NCBI GenBank assembly: GCA_951406725.2
Contig: OX597826.1
Coordinates: 42,594,001 to 42,658,000, forward strand
Length of the DNA stretch: 64,000 bases
Direction: 5' to 3'
From: Octopus vulgaris
Lineage: Eukaryota
Shown: piece by piece, positions 1 to 11,590 of the stretch
Numbering within the stretch: the stretch's first letter is position 1
How the letters are laid out: the number at the start of each line of letters is the position of its first letter
Position numbers and translations under genes: made by a program
The notes under the pieces: generated by a model
What the model was told of the DNA's origin: nothing
Databases searched by the model: none
Seen by the model: the letters and a program-made list of their open reading frames with translations, nothing else

Positions 1-287
1 TGCTATTTATATAGGGTGGATTATATCGGGATGACCTTTTATTAATAACTAAGAATTGCACCAATAGAACACTAGAAATATATAAGAAGAAAATATATAG
101 TTTTTTTAAAAGATATGGATTAGGTATTAGTATAGATAAAGTGAACTATAATGTTAATTATTTAGATGCTAATTTTAATTTAATAACAGGTAAAACCCAA
201 CCATTCCATAAAATTAATGAAGACCTTAGATATCCCTCTCTCTCTCTCTTTCGGAGAGGCACTGAGCAGCTATACGCACACATACAC

Positions 288-446
288 ACACGGCAGTAAC
301 TTCCACCTACCGAATTCAATCACAAAGCTCCGGTCGGCTCGGGGCTATAGTGGAAGACACCTACCCAAAGTGCCACGCAGTGGGACTGAACCCGAAACAA
401 TGTAGCTAGGAAGCAAGCTCCCTAACCACACAGCCATACCCACGCA
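288..446 (-). mobile_element. tRNA-derived SINE family A, 5' part
   Basis: Reverse complement matches the head of the full copy at 6322..6716 (GGCTGTGTGGT...GGGTTCAGTCCCACTGCGTGGCAC). Confidence 0.8.
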
Positions 447-474
447 TATATAAACGCTAATAGTAATCACCCGC

Positions 475-795
475 CCTGGGCAAGTGTCTTCTACTATAGC
501 CTCGGGCTGACCAAAGCCTTGTGAGTGGATTTGGTAGACGGAAACTGAAAGAAGTCAGTCATATATATGTATATGTATGTGTGTGCGTGTGTGTTTGTGT
601 GTCTGTTTGTCCCTCCAACATCGCTTGACAACCGTTGCTGGTGTGTTTACGTCCCCGTAACTTAGCGGTTCAGCAAAAGAGACCGATAGAATAAGTACTA
701 GGCTTACAAAGAATAAGTCCTCGAGTCAATTTGATCGACTAAAGGTAGTGCTCCAGCATGACTGCAGTCAAATGACTGAATCAAGTAAAAGAGTA
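475..795 (+). mobile_element. SINE family A, 5'-truncated
   Basis: Matches the body and tail of 6322..6716, ending CAAGTAAAAGAGTA. Confidence 0.85.
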
Positions 796-1687
796 TTTCT
801 GGATAATTTCGTTTCTTCCCTCTATTGTGGTAAAAGTCTCGTATAAACTCAAAAGCATTCATAAATTTCTATCCTTTTGTTATAATATTCTTCTTAATAA
901 TCCTCTGAATAACCCTAAACTTTAACAGTATACAATATAGCAACATTGTTTTAAATATTTAACTATAGTACTACATAAGACTTCCCCTGTTTCATTATCA
1001 ATGGTCTGCTAGTGGGCAACCCCTTAATTGTCAGCAAACATCTTGTTTCAAGTTTTCCTTTACCAAATCTCATGATATTGCTTCTAATAAATCTTGATTT
1101 TTATGATTATACCAACTATGATGTCTGTCTGCTCCCTCAGATACTGCCCCCCCCACCACCACCACCACCATTCTCTCAGCCTTAGATATACAAGGGTTTT
1201 GATAAACTAATCAATAAATTAAAACTGACCCATAAAAACAAAAAAAAAAAATCAGTGACAGGCAGAGTCTGTAACAATGTATATATTCTTGAAAAGCTTA
1301 GTAACTTCTATGCTGGAGTAAGAACAGCATGTTCTTTGTCTATCTCTTTAACTTCTTGGAGATTTTAGGTATAATTATACTAATGTGTCCATCTGTTCTA
1401 ATTTAATTAAATTCTATGTCTGTGCAGCCAAAGATTGCTCTGCATTTTAAATTGATGTAATTGTTGCATTGTTCAACTAAATGGAGTTGCATGAAACGAT
1501 CGTACTGCATTACCTCTGGATATCCTTGTTACTTATTTTGATTTTAATCACTTTACATTGAAATTGTATGGATAATACCGTACTAAATTCTGGTGCTTCA
1601 ACTTAAGTACCATATTCATCTGAATCTAAATTTTTGCTGAACTCATATACATATATATAGATAGATATATGTATGCACGTATATATG

Positions 1688-1752
1688 TAATTTGAGATAA
1701 TAGTTTCACTATGTATATATTATATACATAGTGAAACTATTACCTCACATTA
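1688..1752. repeat. Near-perfect 65-bp palindrome centred on a (TA)n tract
   Basis: 1688..1719 pairs with 1721..1752 with two mismatches. Confidence 0.9.
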
Positions 1753-2829
1753 GAGATGTTTCTGTTTCAGTTTTGACATGTAATTCTGAAACAGTGTAAG
1801 AGATTGATCTGGGCTTGCATTAGGCAAGAAGTCAAAAATTTCTTTGGCCTATGACACTCCATGTACTCTAAGTAGTATATGAGTAAAACTTGAATGAAAT
1901 CAGTTGGGTAAATCTCAAGTTTAAGTGATGCACACATAGACAGACACACATTCTCAGTTTTATATATAGAGCGATATAAGAAGTTGAAAATGCACTGGGA
2001 TTCATTTAAATTCTTTATTTTCAAATTTTTTAAGACTTAACTGGTTTCACAGGTTTCTCTGATTTTCAAAAGTTGAGATAGAAAAACATGGGATTATGCT
2101 GCAACTGTCTTGCTTTTATAGAGAGAATGTGACTCAAATTAGTATCCATTTTGGATACATTTTTGACTGGTCGAGGATGATCTCATGATCAGGTTTAGAA
2201 ATTTTCGCAAGTTCTCAGCTGTTTTCCTTTAATATGTGACAATATGCTTTGAGTCATTAGTTAAAGCAGCCACGGTTGACTGAACATATTGACAGTTCCT
2301 AGCAATCTAGGCTGTCTGAATTTTATTTATCAAATGCAGTAGAGGAAGATCCCATGACTAGTAGTAATCTTTGATATTTTTGTAGGTGCCCCATTACACC
2401 AATGCTATCATGTGACAATGTTTTTGCACTGAAAAATCAAAATTGGCACAGTTAAATGAACATGTCAAGTGACCATCCCAAAATAAGGTTCTCTAAATGT
2501 AATCTGTCAAATAGTAGAGTGGACGGGAGCTGTTTCTATGAAGCCTGGTGGTTGAATAGTTATGGTTTGTGCCTATGTATACAGGTATCAAATTTTGCTA
2601 TTAAATATCTTTTTTCTAAAAGGGATTGTTATGAGACATGTTCACTCAAATGTGACAGCTTTAAACCAAACATATTGTCAGGTAACATTAAAGAACAGGC
2701 ATAGCCCAGAAAGCCCATCTCTGAGGATGTTGCAAGTCAGTAAGAATTTTCTGGAAAAGAGTTTATAGGAAATGTGTGTATATTTAAGGTTGGTGCTCTT
2801 GTAAAAATGGAATGTGTGTAGTGCTACTA

Positions 2830-3324
2830 CCGTAAGTCTTCAAGTATAATCCGCATTTTTTTCCCAAAATTTAGAAGTCAAAATCCCTAGTGCATACTAT
2901 ATACGAGGCTAAAAATGAAAATTATTTTCTAAGCAATGTCCAAGTCTCTATTTGCTGTCCAGCAATTTTTATTCAGACGCATTTTGTGATGTCGGGTGCA
3001 AAAATACCTTAAGCTAAGCCTGAAAGCAATGAAGTCATAAAAGAATCATCCATAACTTGTAGTAAGCAACATTTATTAAACGTTATTACTGTTATTTCTT
3101 TATTTTCTGCAAACAAAATGCACAAAAAAGCTACACGTTTGCATTATGTTATATATACAATAATAATAAAGAACGTTACCGTATACATTTTTACAAACCA
3201 AGGACGTTATATAAACCTCCTTGACTCAAGCTAGAGAAGGGGTGCGTATTATACACAAGGTTTAGGTTTTTCAGAGGTACAGTCCCCTAAAAATCCCCTG
3301 CGTATTATACTCAAGAATTTATGG
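2830..3324. mobile_element. Tc1/mariner-pogo (Tc2-like) non-autonomous element
   Basis: TA-flanked imperfect TIRs CCGTAAGTCTTCAAGTATAATCCGCA / TGCGTATTATACTCAAGAATTTATGG; no ORF. Confidence 0.75.
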
Positions 3325-3927
3325 TATATGTATAACAGCTGCAGGGGGGGTCAAAAGGCTACATACACATTTGTGTTTTGCCCATGTTTTCTTTCTTTTA
3401 TGTTTTGGTTAAATTCTTGTATGCATGTGGTGTGTGTAGGGGTACAATATATGCGGGGGCTTATATAGAGAGTGGTGGAAAATGGTCTAGTTGGTGGATT
3501 TCCACTGTGTTAGGGTATGTATGTATGCTCTGGTCAAACTCTTTGCTGGATTCCCAGATATTGGTGGTGGGTGGGCTGAAACAGAGGGGCTGGTGATTTT
3601 AGTCATGATGGAGCACGCATGTATGATAGGATGTACTTCCTTTTGTGTGGGCAAGGATATATATAAATATACTAGCTTAAAAGCCCAATAGGAGTCTGTG
3701 GAGAGCTCTTCATTGGGCCTTGAGCCCAACAATGACACTTCATGCTTTGAGTATATATAAAATATTATTATTTTCATCGAAACAAAGACATAATTTGTTG
3801 ACTTGAAACTTATTGCAAAGCTGCATGATAAACATTTTTTGTCTTCCCATTCAGGGGTCAGTACATTTTTTTTTCTGTCTAACCTCTTTTTTTCTCTCCC
3901 TCTCTCTCTTTCTGCCGATTGTTTTCA

Positions 3928-4210
3928 ACCATCACCATCACCACCACAACTGCCATACACACACCATTCAGACTTCTGATGTCACCACCATCAATACCAT
4001 TGACTTCGCCACCTTCACCTCCACCATCACTTTCTTTCACATCGCTTACTATCACCGTCATCCCTGACCGCCTGGGCTGCCACCACCACCACCACCACAA
4101 TCATCACCATCACCTCTGCTTCTATCACAACTACAGCTCATACTATTACTATCTCCCCGTTACCATCACAACCGTCTACTACCGCCCTCACCATCTCTAT
4201 GCCTACTATT
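3928..4210. repeat. Degenerate (CAC/CAT/TAC)n low-complexity tract
   Basis: Runs of CACCACCAT/CTACTA; explains the poly-His and poly-Trp ORFs. Confidence 0.9.
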
Positions 4211-4599
4211 ACTCTCACCCCAGCAAGAGGAATATTAGAAGTGTCATTGAGTAGTGAGGGATGGGGTCAAAGTGTGACGCACTGACACAGAGAAATTCAT
4301 TTTGGCATTTGTTATTATAGATGTGTGTATATCAGCTACTTCTAGGTATTCACCTTGGCATTTGATGGGGTGTATTTTCTGTACTTTTCTCGGGGTTATC
4401 TGTGCACCTGCCACACACGAAGACTATTTTCCCTGTTAACCTTCCTCTGAAGTTGCTGCACCTTGTGTGTCCATAGTTTGCACTGGGTATATTTTATGGA
4501 GTTTCTACCTACGCTTTTTCTACATATCATGCAGGCCCATCTACCTGAAGGGAATTGTGATTTCGTCCCCTTTCCTAAGGCCCTTTGGTTCTAGACCTT

Positions 4600-5287
4600 G
4601 GTTTCACACCTGAAATTTCTTCTCTAGTTCTAGAAATTCAGCTATAAGAACAAGGTCATCAGCATAGAGGAGCTCCCAGAGGCAGCCCAAAATAAATTCT
4701 TGTTATTGCTTGGAGGATTATGATGAACAGGAGGGGCCTGAGGACTGATCCTTGGTGAACCCCTACTTATACCCTGAATTCATCACTATACTTGTTGCCA
4801 ACCCTCACCTTACTGACAGCATCACTGTACATGGCTTGTACAGCTCTCACCAACCACTAGAGAAAGAAGTGGGGGACCCTGTCAAGGCTTTCTCTATGTC
4901 AACAAAAACCAAGTACAGAGGTTTATTTTTGGTTAAGCACTTCTCCTGCAGCTACCTTACCAGAATTATGGCACCAGTAGTGCTCAATCTTGATACAAAA
5001 CCAAACTGCATCTTATCTAGACTAACTGACTTCCTAATTAAATGGGCTATGAACCCCTCCATAACTTTCATCATCCAATCTAACAATTTGATACTTCTGT
5101 AATTATTTCTGTCTAAGGTGTCACCTTTACCTTAGTAACAGCTAACTATGATGTTGCTGCACCAGTCATTGGATGTGACTTCCTTGTGTACAACCTGGTT
5201 AACTATATAGGTGATTAGGCCATAACCCACACTACTAGATATTTTAAGCATCTCAGCAGTGATTCCTGATGGGCTAAGAGCCTTCCT

Positions 5288-5292
<5 letters not shown>
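4600..5292 (-). mobile_element. Decayed RTE-clade LINE reverse transcriptase fragment
   Basis: Minus-strand translation with stops gives GITAEMLK, NNYRSIKLL, MQFGF, LVFVDIEKA, VGVHQGSVL and LLYADDLVL. Confidence 0.85.
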
Positions 5293-5329
<37 letters not shown>

Positions 5330-5610
5330 GCTTGTATGTGTTATTATCTATCAAATACACTATATCTGCATCTCTGATCATGAGCAGATGTACTGGGGGA
5401 CAGCATAGCCATGTGTTGAGAGGGATTCTTTGGAGTTTGAATAAATGTAGCAAAGACTAAGTTTGAAGGTGATATTCGCCATTTTTCATACTGTCTGGGG
5501 GTAAGCAAATAGGAAATAAGTTGCTACACAAGAACAAAAGTCGTTACACAACGTTATCTAAGAATGGGTGGGAATGAGCAGAAAAGAGAAATAAAGATGA
5601 TGATTATGAG

Positions 5611-5720
5611 GTATTTTATAGCGACCGGAAAGCTTTTTTTTTTACCCAATTTTCAATGAATTTTTAAATGTTTTCTTTTCGTGTTACATCCTTTTTCAAG
5701 TTAGATCACATGTCTGGATC
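5611..5720 (-). repeat. Inverted copy of the Tigger subterminal sequence at 6987..7097
   Basis: Reverse complement aligns over about 110 bp, including the identical GTAACACGAAAAGAAAACATTTAAAAATTCATTGAAAAT and TTCCGGTCGCTATAAAATAC. Confidence 0.9.
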
Positions 5721-6041
5721 CTAATGAGGTGTCAGAATAGGTAGCAGAAGAACATGAAGAGAAGCCAGATCAAGGTAGCAAAAGTGCATGGGAAGAGTAG
5801 TATAAATATATTGTTATATATAATTACATCTTTGACCTTAAAAAAATTGAAGCATTTCTAATTTTTTGAAAATGAAACATTACAACACCAATGTTTTTTC
5901 TTATTTAATATACTTTTATTATAGAATTCATGGAGAAAAAAAATTCGAAAAACGATCCAAACATGAAAAATTATGGAAAGGTGTAGGTGGAGAGCAAAAA
6001 ATACAGATTTAATAAAAGGGCAGATACGTAAGCTCCAATGT

Positions 6042-6253
6042 TTAATCCTTTGGACACATCTAGTCCAAATATTCTGTTTTGCATCTAAACTGGCCAGATC
6101 TGGCCTCTTACACCAATCCTACAATATCATTCTAAAAGTAAACAGTCACATAATCGAAATCTCAAAGCAATGAAATAATGCATGTTTAATTCAAAATAAT
6201 ATGAATAAATAAGCATTACATTTGACAGAGTAATTCGAATGCTAGAGGGTTAA
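6042..6253. mobile_element. Short TTAA-flanked (piggyBac-like) MITE
   Basis: Starts TTAATCCTTTG and ends CTAGAGGGTTAA. Confidence 0.45.
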
Positions 6254-6321
6254 AACATACATAAAAAAAAATTACTGTTTTGAACAAACTAAATTTCCAA
6301 CTCTATAGAATTATCTATATA

Positions 6322-6491
6322 GGCGCAGGAGTGGCTGTGTGGTAAGTAGCTTGCTAACCAACCACATGGTTCCGGGTTCAGTCCCACTGCGTGGCACCTT
6401 GGGCAAGTGTCTTCTGCTATAGCCCCGGGCCGACCAATGCCTTGTGAGTGGATTTGGTAGACGGAAACTGAAATAAGCCTGTCGTATATAT

Positions 6492-6527
<36 letters not shown>

Positions 6528-6716
6528 TTGTCCCCCTAGCATTGCTTAACAACCGATGCTGGTGTGTTTACGTCCCCGTCACATAGCGGTTCGGCAAAAG
6601 AGACCGATAGAATAAGTACTGGGCTTACAAAGAATAAATCCCGGGGTCGATTTGCTCGACTAAAGGCGGTGCTCCAGCATGGCCACAGTCAAAAGACTGA
6701 AACAAGTAAAAGAGTA
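6322..6716 (+). mobile_element. Full-length tRNA-derived SINE family A
   Basis: A-box TGGCTGTGTGG, B-box GGTTCAGTCCC, internal (TA)n(TG)n, tail CAAGTAAAAGAGTA; many near-identical copies in the window. Confidence 0.9.
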
Positions 6717-6955
6717 TGCATGCATACATATCTGGGGGCGGGGGATAGGCGCACTCCATCAGATGAGATCGTCTGAGAAAAACAAAATCTCAGTGAGCAT
6801 TACATTAAATCCCATAGCTCTGCACTCGAAATATTGGTTTAAAAATAATCCGTTATAGGGTTGGCGACAGGAAGAGCATCCAACAGTAAAATACAGCTTC
6901 AAATAAAGACCCGTCCAACCTATACCGGCGTAGAAAAACAGACCCACACTATATA

Positions 6956-7097
6956 CAGGTATACCCCCAACTAAAGTCGGTAAAAGGTTCCAAGACATGT
7001 CATCTAAACTTGAAAAATGACGTAACACGAAAAGAAAACATTTAAAAATTCATTGAAAATCGTAAAAAAAAAAAGACTTCCGGTCGCTATAAAATAC
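6956..7097. mobile_element. Probable Tigger terminal/subterminal end downstream of the ORF
   Basis: TA|CAGGTATACCCCC resembles pogo/Tigger TIR starts (TA|CAG...); no matching opposite TIR found by eye. Confidence 0.5.
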
Positions 7098-7252
7098 TAT
7101 ACTCTGAATATTTAAACAAGGATTCAAAAAGAGATAATGTTAAGATTTTTTTTAAATAGCCCTAAAAATAACAAAATGAAAAAAAACATTTACCTGATTG
7201 ATGATGCTGATGAGCTTGATTTAGACAGAAGTGGAGGTTGGAGAGGCGTGGA

Positions 7253-8119
7253 TTATGGAGTTGACATTGAAGTTGAAGGAATCGGTTTATCATCAGACGT
7301 TTCCAATTCGGACCTTCGACTTTCAACGTACAGTAATAACTTCTCTAGAGTACCTTGAATGGTTTTACTCTTCATGTCTTCCAGGATAACCCGATAAGGA
7401 ACATAAGCGTCGTGAACAGCTCCCATGATTTTAGCAAAGCGCTCAGCATTAGGATCCATCTCCTCGAAAAGGGTTAGTGATTTCTCCATGTATACAAAAG
7501 CTTGCTGCATTTTGTTGATGGTAAAGTGCCTAAGTTCTGGTTCCGGTTGCTGTGCCTCCTCTTGTTGTTGCTGTTCATGAAGTTTCATCAGCTCTTCATT
7601 TGTGAGCGGTCGCTTGTCAGCATCAGTTACAGCCGATGTACTTTCGCCTGGGACCTTAACGTTATAAAGATTGTGTCGCTGCTTGAATCGCATAAACCAT
7701 CCCGAACTGGCCTTAAAATCCTCTGTCACGTTGTCGGGATACTTCTTCTTAAGGTCGTTGAACAATGAAAGCGCTTTCTCTTGAATTATCATCTGGTTTA
7801 TGGGGTTACGCTGACGAGTCTGCCGTTCAAGCCAAAAGGAAAGAAGGTGTTCCATTTCTTGGATGATTTTACCTCTTTTCTTGGTGATCACGGTACTCTT
7901 CATCCCCGGAGCAGTCTCTTGGATATGAGTTAAAATCCTTTCCTTGTCATGAATAATCGTAGATACGGTCGTCCGACTTAAGCCATAAGCACGCGCTATC
8001 GCTACCATTTTTTCACCTTTTTCATAACGTTTAATCATTGCTAATTTATACTCCAAAGAAATAGCATGGCGCTTAGGACCACCAGGACTAGATTTAGCAG
8101 GAGCTTTCTTGCGGGGCAT
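7253..8119 (-). CDS. Tigger/pogo transposase-derived protein (TIGD1/CENP-B-like) with two HTH domains and C-terminal region but no DDE domain, 288 aa
   Basis: Uninterrupted ATG..TAA ORF; psq-type HTH (ISLEYKLAMIKRYEKG..LSRTTVSTII), CENP-B HTH (EMEHLLSFW..FKASSGWFMRFKQRH..GESTSA), followed directly by LTNEELM..MDPNAER..YR. Confidence 0.88.
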   Translation of the reverse strand: MPRKKAPAKSSPGGPKRHAISLEYKLAMIKRYEKGEKMVAIARAYGLSRTTVSTIIHDKERILTHIQETAPGMKSTVITKKRGKIIQEMEHLLSFWLERQTRQRNPINQMIIQEKALSLFNDLKKKYPDNVTEDFKASSGWFMRFKQRHNLYNVKVPGESTSAVTDADKRPLTNEELMKLHEQQQQEEAQQPEPELRHFTINKMQQAFVYMEKSLTLFEEMDPNAERFAKIMGAVHDAYVPYRVILEDMKSKTIQGTLEKLLLYVESRRSELETSDDKPIPSTSMSTP

Positions 8120-9274
8120 AATATATGTTAAAAAAAAAAAAGCACAAGTTTTTACACATTAGACGGCTGCACGGAAAACGAGTTCCACCGGGTCCTGATT
8201 CTGTAATTATGTGTTCTCTACTATAACTGTGGATTTTAATGTCAGTATAAACCTAATATACCACCTCAGGACCCACAAAGAGTACTGCTGCTGATGCGAT
8301 CATCTTCATAAACATCAAGGACAAACATCAATACACAACAAACATAAACATAACATTTGAATTTCCTGCTACGTACTACACCGTTCCCTCGCGGTGAAAT
8401 TCTCTAACTATTGGTCCCGTAAAGCCATAAACTGTGAACATTTTTAAAGAAATTTATAAGCTTTTATCTGTTTTAATAAATGATTTGTACGTATTTCCGC
8501 ATATTTTGTTTAATTTTCTACTTCGGTTCTGTTTTTTCAATTTTTCTTAAAGATTTTATGCTTTTAAATATGTTCGCAAAAACCAACATAAACTAGAATA
8601 AATCGAGTGACGTTGAGTTTTATTTTTTATTATTTTTCCCATTAATTTATTTTAAAAAATTTAAAAGCCGAAATAAATGCAACGCGAAATGTAAGTTGAA
8701 GTATAACGACCTCTGTTTTGTGTTGTTAGAAGCCTCAGTTCGGACAATTCGATAAAAATCACCGTCAAATCTCCCTTTAAACGCATAATCCAGTCCCTTA
8801 AAAACAACGCAGAGTGAAACCTCAATTATACCAAAAATACTTTAAGATAGGTAAATAATTGGCCACAGCACAGTGTCAAGGAAAAAGAAAATTCTGCGGT
8901 TGCCAAACAAACTAATAGCGAATGAAGTTTGAGTCAAAGTAGTACAGTATATGCAAAACAAAATGTGTATACATGTGCGTGTTCCTGCGCTACTGTACTA
9001 AGTAACATGGGGTGTTCGTAACAATAAACCTCCACCCTTTAACAAAAAGTTCGCAGCTTGATGTATTTACAGTTTTCAATTTCAATAATATTTTCGTTAT
9101 ATTAACATGGCTAAGTCATTGTACTTGGAGGGAGATGGTGTATCTATATGCAAAGATATTTGTCTACGTGGAGAGAAAGAATAACGGAAAAAGAAAACGA
9201 GTAGAGGCGAAACAGAAAAAAAAAGCAGTTAAGCAAGTAAATAGATATATAAACAAAAGCTAAAACCAACTTAC

Positions 9275-9500
9275 CAATATTTAATTTGCAGTGTATACTT
9301 ACAAGTATACATATTATAGACATTCCGCCCTTAATTTTTGTCAGAAGTATCTAAAATATTACAAATTACAAAACTTTAATACTTCCGATAAATTATACGA
9401 GACTGATACTTTGCTCCGTCCCCGTGTGATGATAATCCAGTCTGAAGATACAAAATAACGTAAATTATGGAAAAGGTGCTTCTCCGTCATCTTTTAATTA
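9275..9500 (-). promoter_or_regulatory. Probable promoter and non-coding first exon of the Tigger-derived gene
   Basis: Unique sequence with local CpG retention, YY1-like AAGATGACGG (9493..9484), and two GTAAGT donors (GT at 9302-9301 and 9274-9273). Confidence 0.5.
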
Positions 9501-10462
9501 TTAAATTTTCCTTTATTATTGTTCCGACGCAACCCAGAACAGCCTAGTGATTGGGCCTATGTAAACATAGGCGTGCTCGTTACGACCATCCTAGATTTTG
9601 TACTACAATATTAGGGACTATATTATTAAAAATCCCGCTTCCTTTGTTTTGAGACGGTAGGATCCGATTTGAGAGAACTGGCTGCTATTTCACGGAGATC
9701 GAACAAACCTCTCTGTTATTTATTTAGTTTTGAAGACAAAACTTAGAAGTCCTAAAGCAAAACTTATATCTATCCGGTGTTACTTAAAGTGTGTGAACGT
9801 GTTTATATTTATATATATATATAAATACACACTAACACACATGCATATTGGGTAGCGTTAAAATTTGGATTACATTTCAAATAAATATATATACACTCAC
9901 CATCAATTTCAGCTTTTCTCATTTTGTTTTGGATTTAGTGTTTCGTGATTAAAAGTGAAAATGAAAACTAGGATTGTTACCCAGCATGCCTTCTTGAGCA
10001 CTCGCGCGATCTCTCTATCCGTTGTAGGACGGCCTCGAAGTTATTTAACTGTTTGTGATATATATATATATAAGGAAGTTATTGCTCTGGCCGGTCAGTG
10101 TAACCATTTTAAATCGAAAATAGTCATATAGGCTAGTAGCTGCAGTATATATTCATGTTTATCAATAATATGGAGCCATTATTCTTTAATTTCTGCTTGT
10201 TAAACCTAGAGTTTATAACGATAAACTATTTCCATTAAATTATACGTACACGCGTACACACACACACACATTATATGTGTATATAATCTTTTACTTATTT
10301 TAGTTACTACGGCCATGCTAGGGCATCAGTTTAATACATATATATATGTATATATATATATCGGGGTCGATAAATTAAGTACCAGTTGCGTACTAGGGTC
10401 GATCTAATCGACTGCCCCCCCAAAAAAAAATATTTCGGGCCTTGTACCTAGAGTAGAAAAGA

Positions 10463-10512
<50 letters not shown>

Positions 10513-11239
10513 TAAAAGTTGTTGAGAGTGCATTAGATTTATATTAATATTAGTTTCTAATTCTGGCACAAGGCCAGCAATTTGGGAGAAGGGAATAAGT
10601 CGATTACACCAACCCCAGTGTTCAACTAGTATTTATTTTATCAACCCCAAAAGCATAAGTCGACCTTGGCGGAATTTTTTTTTTTTTTTTTATACTATTA
10701 CTTGTATAGATTAGTAAAAATTGTGTGTGAGAGAGTTTTTCCCCCACGTGATTAGCGTAGAGAGACTTGAAAATAAGAGCTATTCCGATAAAAAGAAATT
10801 TAACTAGGAAAAGGAAAACCTGGAGAATGAAAGAATCCCTTCTCCCAATGAAAATGCAGCAATTACTTTGCAGAAGTTTGAAAATGATCATAAATGCTGG
10901 GGAAGATCATCATTTAATGTCCGTTTTCCATGCTAGCATGGGCTGGACGGTTTAAAAGGAGCTGGCCAACTGAAAAGCTGCCTAGGTTCCATGCCAGTTT
11001 TAGCATGGTTTCTACAACTGGATGCATTTCCTAATGCCAACTACTTTACAGAATATACTGGGTGCTTTTATACAGCGTCAGCACCAATTCTTTTTTAGTT
11101 GGTACCAACACCAATACTTTTTACATGACACCAGCACCAGTGCTTTTTGGGTGTCAGGAGATGAAATGTGGGTTTGGTGGAGAGGAAGAAGGTTGACAGG
11201 GTTGAGCCCCTCGTGGGCAAGCTTTACCAAGGTGGTTTT

Positions 11240-11590
11240 AGGACATCAGTTGTTGTGGTGGGCAGGTGCATAAAGAAGTACCTATCAATTAAGGTGGATA
11301 GAAATAGTGGAAGGAGACCCAGGAAGACATGGAATGAAATATTGAAGGCTGATCTCAAGACACTGAACCTTACAGAGGAAACAACAAAGGACCAAGATGA
11401 CTGGTGTTATGCTGTACTCAAGACCAGTCAAGCACAGAATAATTGATATCCTAAAATTACCTTTGGTAATGCTTGTCCATGCAGGTATCCAGCTACAGAA
11501 ACCATACCAAAGCAAACGAGAACTTTGCACAACCCTTGTCAAACCATATAATCTATGCCAGCATGAAAAATGATGTTAAATGATGATGTT
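11240..11590 (+). mobile_element. RTE LINE 3' end remnant joined to a family C-type (TGA)n tail
   Basis: GRRPRKTWNEILKADLKTLNLTEETTKDQDDW is a typical RTE C-terminus; it is followed by CATG..TAAATGATGATG. Confidence 0.7.

Noticed and set aside
3813-4254. His-rich or Trp-rich small proteins
   Set aside because: Translation of a (CAC)n low-complexity tract.
6322-6395. tRNA gene
   Set aside because: It is the A/B-box head of a multi-copy SINE that continues into a SINE body; no proper cloverleaf is evident.
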